Shown: in pieces, positions 46,154-56,153 of the stretch | Layout: every line of letters begins with the position of its first letter | Position numbering within the stretch: position 1 is the first letter of the stretch | Assembly: GCA_963730675.1 (NCBI GenBank) | Contig: CAVSSY010000012.1 | Location: 99,008 to 163,007 of the forward strand | Length of the DNA stretch: 64,000 bases | DNA from: an uncultured delta proteobacterium | GTDB taxonomy: Bacteria > Desulfobacterota > Desulfobacteria > Desulfobacterales > UBA5852 | Direction of reading: 5' to 3' | The notes under the pieces: model-generated | What the model was told of the DNA's origin: nothing | The model's input: the letters and a program-made list of their open reading frames with translations, nothing else | Database searches by the model: none | Made by a program: the position numbers and the translations under genes

Positions 46154-46777
46154 TTAAAGCGGCCGAATGCCGATCTTCTCGGCGGCCCGCACCAGATCGG
46201 GGACGGAATCGGCCTTCATTTTTTTCATCACCCGTCCGCGGTGGATTTTGATGGTCTTCTCGCTGGCCCCCAGATCGAAGGCGATCTGCTTGTTGAGCAT
46301 CCCGCGAACCACCAGGGCCATCACTTGGCGCTCCCGCGGCGTCAATGTCGCATAGCGTTTTGCTACAGCGGCGTTGGCCGCGTGTTCGGCCCGCGCATGG
46401 CGATCGCGCTGAAGGGCCTCCTGAACCGCTTCGAGCAGGTCTTCCGCTTTGAACGGCTTGGGGAAGAAATCCACCGCGCCCGCTTTCATGGCTTTTACAC
46501 TGGAGGGAATGTCGCCGTGGCCGGTGATGAAAATGATGGGAATACCCTGGGCGGCGGTCTGCAGCCGGTCTTGAAGCTGGAGTCCGTCCAGTCCGGGCAT
46601 CTGCAAGTCCAGCAACACGCAGCCCGGGCGCGGATCTTGCTCCCAGCACACGAGAAATTCGTCGGCGGAGGCGAAGCTTTCGGCCTGGTAGCCGGCGGAT
46701 TTCAGAAGGCGCAGCAGGCTTTTGCGAACCCCGGGGTCGTCATCCACCACAAACACGATTGAGGCGTTTTCAGTCAA
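46154..46777 (-). CDS. FixJ/NarL-type response regulator (receiver + LuxR HTH)
   Basis: VVDDDPGVRKSL, DLQMPGLDGL, and LTPRERQVMALVVRGMLNKQIAFDLGASEKTIKIHRGRVMKKM. Confidence 0.9.
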   Translation of the reverse strand: MTENASIVFVVDDDPGVRKSLLRLLKSAGYQAESFASADEFLVCWEQDPRPGCVLLDLQMPGLDGLQLQDRLQTAAQGIPIIFITGHGDIPSSVKAMKAGAVDFFPKPFKAEDLLEAVQEALQRDRHARAEHAANAAVAKRYATLTPRERQVMALVVRGMLNKQIAFDLGASEKTIKIHRGRVMKKMKADSVPDLVRAAEKIGIRPL

Positions 46778-46791
46778 TCCGGCCTCGCGAT

Positions 46792-48978
46792 TCAGGTGTC
46801 TACCGGTACGGGCAGGCTGAAATGAAACGTCGCGCCGCCCTCGGGATTGGTCTCGGCCCAGATGCGCCCCTGATGGCGCTTGACGATGGTGCGGCAGATG
46901 GACAATCCCAGGCCGAGTCCCCGTGGTTTGGATGTATAATAGGGGTCGAAGATCGCCTCGGTTTCACCGGGCGGAATGCCCTTCCCGCTGTCCGTCACCG
47001 AAGAGCGCAGCTGGGCGTCTTGCAGGGCGGTGCGGATCCATACCCGGCGCTCACCCTGGGTGGGTTCATCCATGGCTTCCAAAGCGTTCAACATCAGGTT
47101 CAAGACGATCTGCTGCAACTGAATCCGGTCACCCCACACCAGAGGGAGTTGGGGGTCGAGTGCCAAGGAAACCTCGACATTGCGTATCACGGCATTGCTG
47201 CGCAGAAGACCGAGGACCTCGCGATGAATCGCATTGAGATCCAGGAGTTCATTCACGGTCTTTGTTTTTTTTAAATGCGCCCGCAGACGGTTGATGATTT
47301 CGCCGGCCCGGGCATCGTCCTTGACAATGTCGCCCAGGATCTCCTGCACCTCTTCCATGTCGGGCGACGGCACCTGCAGAAAGCGTAGGGCCGCCTGGGC
47401 ATTGCTCATGATGGCGCTCAAGGGCTGATTGATTTCGTGTGCCAGCGTCCCCGCCAATTCACCCATGGTGGCGAGACGCCCGGCATGCAACAGCTCCTCC
47501 TGCAGGCGCCGGGACTCCTGCCGGGCCTGATTCCGCTCCGAAACGTCCACCGCCAGGGTATAGATACCGCGCACCACGCCTCCCTGGTCCGCATCCGGAA
47601 CGTAAATCGCCTCCACCGCAATATGGCGTCCGTCCACCAGTTCCACATCCTGGCTGAAAGTCACCTTCTCTCCGGACAGGGCCTTTTCGATATGGGGTGC
47701 AATGTCATGGTAGATGCGGTCGCCGATTACTTCCCGGATGGTGCGTCCGGCGGCCTCCTCCGGGCGGAAGCCAAACCATGCTTTATAGGCCTGGTTGTTG
47801 AAACGGTAGCGCTGATCGGCATCGATATAGCCAATCAGGGCCGGCAGGGCGTTCGCGATCATGCGCAGGCGTCGTTCGCTTTGGGCAAGTTCGCGCTCCG
47901 CACGTTCGCGGGCGATCGCGTTGGCGAAGATCTGCGAGACCAGCTGAAGCCGCTTTACCAGCGCGTCCGGCCAGTTGCGTTCCGCCCGCGTGGTATTAAA
48001 ACCTAAGAAGCCAATGGGCGGATTACCCCCCACTGAAAGCGGTATGGTCAAATTCGATTTGATGCCGAAAAGGCCGCAGCTTTCCCGGTCCCGGGCGGCC
48101 TCCGGCGGCAGTTCCTCCAGTGAAGAAAAGCCAGCAATCCGCCCGGAGAGTATTTGCTGTAGGTACCAGGGAAAATGATCTTGGTTCACCGCGGAAGGCT
48201 CAATATCGCCCTCGGCACTGTATACGTGATTAGGCGTGAATAAACCCGGAACCTCGTCCGACCTCTGCCAAAGCGCCGCCAGATCCAGCCCGAGGCATTC
48301 GCATATCCGACAAAGGGCATCTTCGATTGCGCCGTCCACCTGATCTGACGGCAGGTTGACAAAGCGTGCGGAGATATCGGTCAGCAGTATTTCGAATTGC
48401 AGGCGTTCTTTTAGGGACTTTTCGGCCTGCTTGCGGGCGAGCGCATTGGCAAATATCTGCGCCACCAGTTTAAACTGCTGCACGACTGCCTTCGGCCAGT
48501 CGCGTTCCTCCCGCATGACAGCGAAGGTCAACAAGCCAAATACATTCCTTCTTCCTACCGATAGAGGAACGACCACGACGGACCGGGTGCCAAAGAGATC
48601 AAAAGTCGCCCTATCGCGGCCGGCTTCCGCCGGGAGATCGGTCATTTTCGAAATCGTGATGGTTTCCCCGCCCAGGATCTTCTGCTGTGCCCAGGGAAAG
48701 AATTCCCTTAAACTCATCCGCTCAGACGGTATCCGAGTTCCCGGAGGCTGATACGTATGTGTCAGCAGCAGCGACTCGGTTTCTCCTTCAAAAACCTGGA
48801 AAAGCGAGGAGCGATCGAGATCGAGGAGCTCGCAAACCCGGCGTTGGGCGACTTTAATCTCGTTATCGATCCGGTCGGCGGGAAGATTTATGAACAACGT
48901 CGAAATATCAGCCAGCAGTCTTTCAAACGATGACGTTTGGCGGCGTGCGGTATGTGGTGTGATCCTTGATGGCGACAT
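46792..48978 (-). CDS. sensor histidine kinase, GAF-GAF-PAS-HisKA-HATPase
   Basis: Two tandem GAF-like modules, a PAS domain, H-box LAHEINQPLSAI, and a C-terminal ATPase (DSGKGIPPGE, GLGLGLSICRTIV). Confidence 0.9.
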   Translation of the reverse strand: MSPSRITPHTARRQTSSFERLLADISTLFINLPADRIDNEIKVAQRRVCELLDLDRSSLFQVFEGETESLLLTHTYQPPGTRIPSERMSLREFFPWAQQKILGGETITISKMTDLPAEAGRDRATFDLFGTRSVVVVPLSVGRRNVFGLLTFAVMREERDWPKAVVQQFKLVAQIFANALARKQAEKSLKERLQFEILLTDISARFVNLPSDQVDGAIEDALCRICECLGLDLAALWQRSDEVPGLFTPNHVYSAEGDIEPSAVNQDHFPWYLQQILSGRIAGFSSLEELPPEAARDRESCGLFGIKSNLTIPLSVGGNPPIGFLGFNTTRAERNWPDALVKRLQLVSQIFANAIARERAERELAQSERRLRMIANALPALIGYIDADQRYRFNNQAYKAWFGFRPEEAAGRTIREVIGDRIYHDIAPHIEKALSGEKVTFSQDVELVDGRHIAVEAIYVPDADQGGVVRGIYTLAVDVSERNQARQESRRLQEELLHAGRLATMGELAGTLAHEINQPLSAIMSNAQAALRFLQVPSPDMEEVQEILGDIVKDDARAGEIINRLRAHLKKTKTVNELLDLNAIHREVLGLLRSNAVIRNVEVSLALDPQLPLVWGDRIQLQQIVLNLMLNALEAMDEPTQGERRVWIRTALQDAQLRSSVTDSGKGIPPGETEAIFDPYYTSKPRGLGLGLSICRTIVKRHQGRIWAETNPEGGATFHFSLPVPVDT

Positions 48979-49125
48979 TGGTTATCTCAATCCGACGATA
49001 GCGAGGTTAACCGCCGGTCAATCCAAGACAATCGTCTGGACTCGAGGCAGATAAGGCTTTTTGCATCCGATGGCCCATGATGACGGTCATGGCAGTGAAA
49101 CGCCTCCCCTGGGCAGTGATGAAGC

Positions 49126-50772
49126 TTACCAGTCCGGCCATTGCCAATCCCGGCGATCCTTCTCGTCAGCAGGCGACTCCAGCCCCTGAGGATCCAGCAG
49201 GTCGCCCCAGTTGGTGCGCTCGATCATTTGGTTGCGGTTGGCGGCCGAAAGCGGGTCTTCGCCTTCCCTGATTTGCCAGCCCCCCCCCAGGGCCTTGTAG
49301 GTGGCCACCAGATTCGTGCTCACCTGGCCGCTCACGTCGGTCAAAAGATCTTCCTGTGAAACCAGGAACCGCAGGGAGTCCAATACGCGCTGGTAGTCAG
49401 TGACTCCTTCGCGATATTGCACCAGCGAAAGCTCCACCGAACGTTGGGCGGCCGCGACGCTGTCTTTCAAGAACCACTCTTCTTCCTTGGACCGCGTATA
49501 CGCCACCAGGGCATCCTCGACTTCCCGTTGGGCGTTCAGCACCGTATTGCGGTAATTGACCACAAGCTCCTGAAGGCGCGCATCCTCGACCCGCACACGG
49601 TTGCGGATGCGCCCGTAATTCAGAATATCCCAGCTGAAACCGGGACCGGCGGTCCAGAACATACTGTTATGGTCGAATAAATCCCCCAGATCACGGTTGC
49701 CGGATGCCGAACTGGCATCGGTCGAGCTCCATCCAATGCTTCCGGCCAGGAAAAAATGCGGATACAGGTCGGCCTTGGCGATCCCGATCTGAGGGCTCTG
49801 GGCGGCGATGCGCAGCTCATTGAGCCGAATGTCGGGTCGACGTCGGAGAAGATTGTTGGGGATGTCGATAACGACGGCCTCCGCGGCTGTCGGAATCTCC
49901 GCCGGCCCATCCAACACGTCCTTCAGTTCCCCCGGCAGCACCCCCAGCAGGATGGCCATGGCGTTGCGGGCTTGACGCAGGCCGATCTCCAAGCGGGGAA
50001 TCGAGGCCTGGGTGTTGCGCAGCAACGTCCGGGCCTGGGTCACATCCAACTCCGAAACGGCGCCCTCCTTGAAGCGGACTTCGGCAATCTGCAGTGATTG
50101 CTCCTGGGCCTTCACGTTCTGGCCGGCGATCACCAGGCGTTTCTGCAAGGTGCGGACGACGATATAGGTGCGCGCAACTTCCGCTGTCAGCGAGACGAGC
50201 AGGTCGTCATAACCGGCGACCGTGGCCTCCAGGTTGGCAGTGCCGGATTGCACCGAACGGCGGAACTTGCCCCAGACATCCAACTCCCAGGCCGCATCGA
50301 ACCCCAGGCTGAGGGCATTGAAATGATCGTCGTAAATAGGGCTGTCGCCACCGGTGCTGAGTTTGTTGTTGGTGAGATCTCCGCCGGCCGACTGCTGCTG
50401 CGGGTACAGGGTGCCCACCGCAATCCCCAGCTGCGCGCGCGCTTCATAAATGCGGATGCCCGCGATCTGCAGGGAAAGGTTCTGCCGATAGGCCTTTTCA
50501 ATCAGGGTGTCGAGCACGGGATCGTCAAACACCCGCCACCAGTCGCCATAGTCGGCCTTACCGACCGTCAGGCCGGGCGCCCGGGCCTCAGTCCAGTCGT
50601 CCAGCAGGGGTGCTTCCGGCTTTACAAAATCCGGTCCGACCATGGTGCAGCCGCTCATGATCAATACCATGGCAACTCCCGCCAGCCACGACGTCATCGA
50701 TGGTTGGGGCCGTCTTCCAAAACGTCCCGTCCGGTTTTGATCGCTTAGCGCATCGCCTGTGCCTGTATTCAT
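49126..50772 (-). CDS. RND efflux outer-membrane factor lipoprotein (NodT family)
   Basis: Lipobox LIMSGC followed by TMVGPDFVKPEAP. Two TolC-like repeats. Confidence 0.85.
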   Translation of the reverse strand: MNTGTGDALSDQNRTGRFGRRPQPSMTSWLAGVAMVLIMSGCTMVGPDFVKPEAPLLDDWTEARAPGLTVGKADYGDWWRVFDDPVLDTLIEKAYRQNLSLQIAGIRIYEARAQLGIAVGTLYPQQQSAGGDLTNNKLSTGGDSPIYDDHFNALSLGFDAAWELDVWGKFRRSVQSGTANLEATVAGYDDLLVSLTAEVARTYIVVRTLQKRLVIAGQNVKAQEQSLQIAEVRFKEGAVSELDVTQARTLLRNTQASIPRLEIGLRQARNAMAILLGVLPGELKDVLDGPAEIPTAAEAVVIDIPNNLLRRRPDIRLNELRIAAQSPQIGIAKADLYPHFFLAGSIGWSSTDASSASGNRDLGDLFDHNSMFWTAGPGFSWDILNYGRIRNRVRVEDARLQELVVNYRNTVLNAQREVEDALVAYTRSKEEEWFLKDSVAAAQRSVELSLVQYREGVTDYQRVLDSLRFLVSQEDLLTDVSGQVSTNLVATYKALGGGWQIREGEDPLSAANRNQMIERTNWGDLLDPQGLESPADEKDRRDWQWPDW

Positions 50773-50853
50773 AGTGCGTTCCCCTATAAAACGTGCGGAT
50801 CCTGAATGGTATCGGCGTCTCGTGGCGTCTTTCCCGTGTGGTTGTGTCGGGGG

Positions 50854-53800
50854 TCAGCCGGAGACATGGTCGGCCGGCGGCTTGACCCGGAAAAAGACAC
50901 TGTAGAGGGCCGGAACAAAGTTGAGCGTAAACATGCTGCCGATACCCAGGCCGAAGAACATGATGCACGCCATCCCATAGAAGAGGGGGTCATGATTGAT
51001 GATCAACGGCGTGAACCCCAGCATGGTGGTTGAAACCGATAGCAGGATCGGTCGGAAGCGGCTGACGGCCGAATTGACCACCGCATCGTAGGGCGTCTGA
51101 CCCTCGCGCCGGTTTTCCTCGATTTTATCGATCATCACGATACCGTTGTTCACGATGGATCCGGCCAGGGCCAACAGCCCGAGGATGACCATAAACCCGA
51201 AATCGGCCTGCATCACCAACAGGCCCACCACGGACCCCACGACGACCAGGGGCATGGTCAGGATGATGATGGCGGCCCGACGGATGGAGTTGAACTGCCA
51301 TACCAGCAGGAAGATAATGCCGCCAAAGCATGGCAGCAGCCATTTGGCGAGGTTCTTCTGGGCCTTGGCGGAGTCTTCCAATTCGCCGCCCACCTCCCAC
51401 TTGTAATTTTTGGGGAAAGCCATCCCGGCCAGCGTAGGCTTCAGGGCGGCAAAGATCTCGGAGGCCTTCAATACCTGGTTTTTAGCGCTGACGGTGATGG
51501 TGCGCTCCTGATTGTAGCGCACGATCCGGTTCAGCTCGCCTACGACATACACATTCGCCACCTGGCTGAGCGGCACGCTGCCCCCGGAAGACGAACGGAT
51601 GCCGAGCGTGCGCAGGCTTTCGGGAGAATCCCTTTCCGCCTTGACGCCGCGCCCGACAATGGGGATTTGAACATTGCCCGTGTGGTACGTGGTCGCCGTC
51701 ACGCCGTCCACAAAGAAATTCAGGGTATCGGCCACATCCTTCGATGTCACCCCGGCACGCAGCGCGCGGGTCTGATCGACATCCGCCTTGACCGCAATCA
51801 CCCGATTGTTCCAATCCTGCTTGATGTCCATGGTGCCGGGGATGTTGCGCAGCCCGGCCATCAACTGCGCGGCCTGTTCCTCCAGCACGGCGGTATCCGG
51901 TCCGCTGAGGCGGATTTCCATCAGGCCGGTTTCGCTGCCGCCCAGCCACATGGATTTCACCCGGCCGCGGACGTTGGGGTAATGATTGCTCAGGTATTGT
52001 CGGGTGCGCTGGACGAGTTCGGGCACCTGCTGGCTGGTTTCGGTGTTGACGATCAAAAATCCGACAAAGGGATCCGGGTCCACCGGCGACAGGGAGAGGA
52101 AAAACCGCGGCCCGCCGTTGCCCACATAGGCAATCGTGCTGGTGATTTCGGGGTTGGCCTGCTTGTCCTGCAGCCAGGCACCGACTTCTCTTACGGTCCG
52201 GTCGGTTTCCGCGATGGCCGTGCCGGCCGGCAGGTCGAGATAGATCAAATACTGGTTGCGGTCCCCGCTCGGAAAAAAGGCCTGGGGGATAAACGTGGCC
52301 GCATACAATGCGGCCGCAAACGCGCCCCCCGCAAAGGCCAGCACCAGCACCCGATTGCGCAGGGAAAAATGCAGGACCTTGCGGTAGATCCCATAGAATT
52401 TCCCTTGGTAGGGATCACGGTCCTGTTTCTGATCACCGCTGCCGGCCGGTTCGGTCTTTAAAAACCAGTAGCACATGCTGGTGGAGGAGAACATGGAGAG
52501 GAACCAGGACCCCATGAGCAGAATGATCATCACCGAGCCCAGCGAGGAGGTGTAATCCCCGGTGGAGCCGATTTGCAGCAGGATCGGTCCGAAGGCGAAC
52601 ACCGTCGTCAGCGTGCTGGTGAGCAGCGGGACGGAAAGGGAGCTGCCGGTCTTCAAAACGGCCTCCCTGCGGTCCAGGCCCCTTTCCATATTGACCTTGA
52701 TGTCGTCGGAGACCACGATGGCGTTGTCCACGAACATCCCCAAGGCAATGATCATCGTGGCCAACGACATGCGCTCCAGATCGATGCCCAGCGCCTGCAT
52801 CGCCACGAGACCGAAAAGCATGACCAGGGGGATGAACGAGCCGACGATCAATCCGGTTCTAAGCCCCAGCAGCAGCATGACCACCACCAGGACGATGGCC
52901 ACGCTTTCGATCACGTTGATCACCATGCCGTTGACGGCTTTGTCGATGAGTTCCGGCTGGTAGGTCGCAAATTCGAGCACATAGCCCCACGGCAGGGACT
53001 GCTCCATTGCGTGCACTTCCTTCTGCAGCCGCTCGCCGAACGCCACGGCATCGACCCCTCGGAGGATAAAGACGCTCAGGACGATGGCCTGGTGCCCATT
53101 GTAGTAGGCCGGATTGTTGATGGGCTCCACGTAAGCTTTGCGAACGGTGGCGATATCCCGCAGCGGAATCGAGGCCTGGGTGCCCGCAACGGGGATCAGG
53201 ACTTCCTCGATCTCTTCGATGGACGTGAACCGGCCTTCGGTTTCCACGATCAATTCCACATCGTCGATGTCGATCCGGCCGCCGGGCAAAAGGATGTTCT
53301 GGGCCCGCAAACTTTTCCCGATATCGGCGGGATCGACTCCCAGCTGCGCCATCTTGGCATTGGACACCTCGAGATAGATGCGCTCGTCCTGCACGCCGGT
53401 GAGATCGACCTTCTGGATGCCCTTCAGCAGGTTGAGGCGCTCTCTGATCTGCCGGGCCGTTTCCTGCATTTCCGCCATGCTGAAGCCATCGCTCCACAGG
53501 GCGATGGTGGCCACCGACGTATCGCCGAAGGTATCGTTGACCATCGGTCCGACGGTGCCCTCCGGCAGTTCGGGTTTGACATCGTTCATCCGGTTGCGCA
53601 GCAGTTTCCATGTCGCCGGGAGCTGTTCGGCGGGCACTTCATCCTTGATGGTCACATGGATCAGGCATTCGCCGACCTTGGAGGTGGAATTCTTGATCTT
53701 GTCCACTTCGCCCATGCTCCGGATCTGCTCTTCGATGGGCCGGGTGATCAGGCGTTCCACCTGTTCCACGGGCATGCCCGGATTTTTTGCAACCACCACG

Positions 53801-53937
53801 GCCTCGCGGATCGTAATGAAGGGGTCTTCCAGTTTCGGGAGGTTTATAAACGCATACACGCCTCCCACGACGAGCAGCACCATCGACATGATGACGGTTC
53901 GCGAGTTGTTCAGAGCAAATGCGGTGATTCCCTTCAT
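50854..53937 (-). CDS. RND efflux transporter permease (AcrB/HAE family)
   Basis: 1027 aa with 12-TM/large-loop architecture and typical blocks (LGMFVDNAIVVSD, GSIVNNGIVMIDKIEE). Confidence 0.9.
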   Translation of the reverse strand: MKGITAFALNNSRTVIMSMVLLVVGGVYAFINLPKLEDPFITIREAVVVAKNPGMPVEQVERLITRPIEEQIRSMGEVDKIKNSTSKVGECLIHVTIKDEVPAEQLPATWKLLRNRMNDVKPELPEGTVGPMVNDTFGDTSVATIALWSDGFSMAEMQETARQIRERLNLLKGIQKVDLTGVQDERIYLEVSNAKMAQLGVDPADIGKSLRAQNILLPGGRIDIDDVELIVETEGRFTSIEEIEEVLIPVAGTQASIPLRDIATVRKAYVEPINNPAYYNGHQAIVLSVFILRGVDAVAFGERLQKEVHAMEQSLPWGYVLEFATYQPELIDKAVNGMVINVIESVAIVLVVVMLLLGLRTGLIVGSFIPLVMLFGLVAMQALGIDLERMSLATMIIALGMFVDNAIVVSDDIKVNMERGLDRREAVLKTGSSLSVPLLTSTLTTVFAFGPILLQIGSTGDYTSSLGSVMIILLMGSWFLSMFSSTSMCYWFLKTEPAGSGDQKQDRDPYQGKFYGIYRKVLHFSLRNRVLVLAFAGGAFAAALYAATFIPQAFFPSGDRNQYLIYLDLPAGTAIAETDRTVREVGAWLQDKQANPEITSTIAYVGNGGPRFFLSLSPVDPDPFVGFLIVNTETSQQVPELVQRTRQYLSNHYPNVRGRVKSMWLGGSETGLMEIRLSGPDTAVLEEQAAQLMAGLRNIPGTMDIKQDWNNRVIAVKADVDQTRALRAGVTSKDVADTLNFFVDGVTATTYHTGNVQIPIVGRGVKAERDSPESLRTLGIRSSSGGSVPLSQVANVYVVGELNRIVRYNQERTITVSAKNQVLKASEIFAALKPTLAGMAFPKNYKWEVGGELEDSAKAQKNLAKWLLPCFGGIIFLLVWQFNSIRRAAIIILTMPLVVVGSVVGLLVMQADFGFMVILGLLALAGSIVNNGIVMIDKIEENRREGQTPYDAVVNSAVSRFRPILLSVSTTMLGFTPLIINHDPLFYGMACIMFFGLGIGSMFTLNFVPALYSVFFRVKPPADHVSG

Positions 53938-54081
53938 AATGGCTTCCTTCGGTTCCGCAGGGTGATGAAGATCGGGCCGAGACCGCCGGAATGCGTCGCG
54001 CCGGAATCGCCATCACCTTTGAATGCGGGCGGTTGGAGGGCACCCAAGGGTGTCGACGGGCGGATGAATCCCATCAGCCCT

Positions 54082-55194
54082 TTACGGCTGCATCAGTTTG
54101 ACTTTCATGCCATCGGCCAGAAAACTCACACCGGCCACGGCAATGATGTTTCCCGGTTCAAGCCCTTCGGTTGCAACGGCATTTTTTCCCTGCAGGCTGC
54201 CGAAGCGGATCAGCGTCTTTTTGACCATGGATGTCTGGGGGTCATAGACGAAGACGTACCCCTGGTTCGCTTCCGCGGCGGGCAAAATGGCCTGGAGGGG
54301 CAGCGTGTATCCGGGTGTCTGTTTTCTGCCGCCTATCGTCAGCGTTGCTTCAGCGGTCATGCCGGGCTTGATTTTGGCGTTCGGCTCCAGCAGATCCACT
54401 TTGACCGGGAAGGCATTGGCCTGGACAGCGGCGGAACCGATGTAGGAGATACGTCCTTGGACGGAGGTGTCCGGCAGTGTGGGGAAGGCGATCGTCGTCG
54501 GGTCATCGATGCTGATCTGGTCGATGGTGGTCTCCGGAACCGCCAGCTGGACTTCCATCTTCCCGGAGGCATTGATTTCGAAGACCTTCTGCCCGGTCTG
54601 CACCTCCTCGTTCGGCTGCACCGAGCGCCAGGCGATGGTGCCGTCATAGGGCGAGAGCAGTTTCGTTTTGCGCAGATTGCGCTCGGCCTGCGCCAGTCGG
54701 GCCACCTGATAATCGACCGCGCTCTTGGCCGCCTTGTAATTGTAGTCGGCGATATCCAAACGGCTTTTGACCCCCGCCCCCTGATCGAAAATCCGTTTTT
54801 CGCGATCATACTGGGACTTCGATTCATTGACATAGTCCCTGGCCTTTAGCAGCTCCGCCTGGATCGCCGTAACATCGAGCTGATAGGGCTCCGGATCGAG
54901 CACGGCAAGAACCTGCCCTTTCTCCACGCGATCGCCGATATCGACGGCCACCGACGCCACCTGCCCGCCGACCTGAAAACTGAGGTCGGCGGAATCGACG
55001 GCGGCGACAACCGCGGGGAATTTCCGCACCTGCGCGACCGCCTGCTCACTGACCTTCATGGTCTTGATCGCCCGGACGACATCCACAACCTCGGCTTTTT
55101 CTTTGCAGGCGGTCAGGGCGACCGGCAGGCAAAGAAGCCAGACCATCCGCTTTAACGTCTTTTTGGGCATCTTAAACCTCATCTTTATAAGCAA
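54082..55194 (-). CDS. RND efflux periplasmic adaptor (membrane fusion protein)
   Basis: Lipobox LTAC, then barrel-sandwich/coiled-coil pattern (GQVLAVLDPEPYQL...LLSPYDGTIA). Confidence 0.85.
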   Translation of the reverse strand: MLIKMRFKMPKKTLKRMVWLLCLPVALTACKEKAEVVDVVRAIKTMKVSEQAVAQVRKFPAVVAAVDSADLSFQVGGQVASVAVDIGDRVEKGQVLAVLDPEPYQLDVTAIQAELLKARDYVNESKSQYDREKRIFDQGAGVKSRLDIADYNYKAAKSAVDYQVARLAQAERNLRKTKLLSPYDGTIAWRSVQPNEEVQTGQKVFEINASGKMEVQLAVPETTIDQISIDDPTTIAFPTLPDTSVQGRISYIGSAAVQANAFPVKVDLLEPNAKIKPGMTAEATLTIGGRKQTPGYTLPLQAILPAAEANQGYVFVYDPQTSMVKKTLIRFGSLQGKNAVATEGLEPGNIIAVAGVSFLADGMKVKLMQP

Positions 55195-55559
55195 TTGCTG
55201 TTATCGGGTTCAGGGACGACACGTCGCCGATCAAGACAAGTCCGGCCAACCAAGCCGCCCGCGTCCGTTCACGACACGTAGCGCTTCAGCAAATTCTTCC
55301 ATTGGGATGATTCCATAAAACGCGGCGGCCCGTCCATGACCCCCACCCTCAATGGCTGCGACAATGCCGGCGCATCCTGGGGAAACGCCTCTTCCAGGCA
55401 AAGCAAAGGAAGCCAGAACCCAATGAACCGGCATAGGATGAGGCGCGTTATCCTGGGTTGCGGTGGCATACGCGGATTCTCCCAAAAGGGGGCTGTCCAG
55501 AAGACGTTACGGTGAAGCCGGCCGTTTTAGCGTCCTGGGCCACCGTGATCACCCGGCAT

Positions 55560-55979
55560 TCACAATCCACCTCGGGCCTTTTTAATCGTACTGATGCCGG
55601 TTGAATGGGCAATCGTGTCGAATCGAATTTCGGGCGCTTCGGCCGCCATCTCGATCACCAGGAGCACCGTACGGAATTTGTCGCTCTGCAGATGGCGGTG
55701 CAGCGCTTGTTCACTCATCCAGATTTCTTCGAGCATGAAAACACCCTTCGCAAGGATGTCCTGATACAGTCGACAGCTGATGCAGCCCTCCTCGAATTGG
55801 GTCTGTTCGATGATCGAGCCGAGAATCAGACGCGCTTCCTGACGCTTTTTAGCCCCTATGTGCACCCGGATGGAAACGTGGATGTGGATTTCAGCGTCTT
55901 GGCCTTCATCCATCACGGTCGGCACCGACAGTTCTTCAGGCAAGGGACTCACCTCCGGAGAGTTCGTGTTGAGCGACAC
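55560..55979 (-). CDS. ABM (antibiotic-biosynthesis-monooxygenase-like) domain protein
   Basis: GCISCRLYQDILAKGVFMLEEIWMSEQALHRHLQSDKF resembles the ABM/YgiN-like fold signature. Confidence 0.5.
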   Translation of the reverse strand: MSLNTNSPEVSPLPEELSVPTVMDEGQDAEIHIHVSIRVHIGAKKRQEARLILGSIIEQTQFEEGCISCRLYQDILAKGVFMLEEIWMSEQALHRHLQSDKFRTVLLVIEMAAEAPEIRFDTIAHSTGISTIKKARGGL

Positions 55980-56153
55980 AGCGGCAGGGCATATAGGCCA
56001 TAGACTGCGAAAACCATTCCAAAAATGCAGCTGGATGAAACGGCCGTCCCACTCATTGGAATCAAACGAGAATCACGGATGGGATCAACTTTTGAAGGGA
56101 AGATGATAAAAGGCTGGATGCCGAAATATCGGCAAAATGCCGCTAATTCGGCT

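Noticed and set aside
52573-54849. 758-aa plus-strand ORF
   Set aside because: It is antisense to the RND permease and adaptor genes. The composition (His/Asp/Gly/Arg runs) looks like a GC-rich shadow ORF, and no RBS or domain is recognisable.
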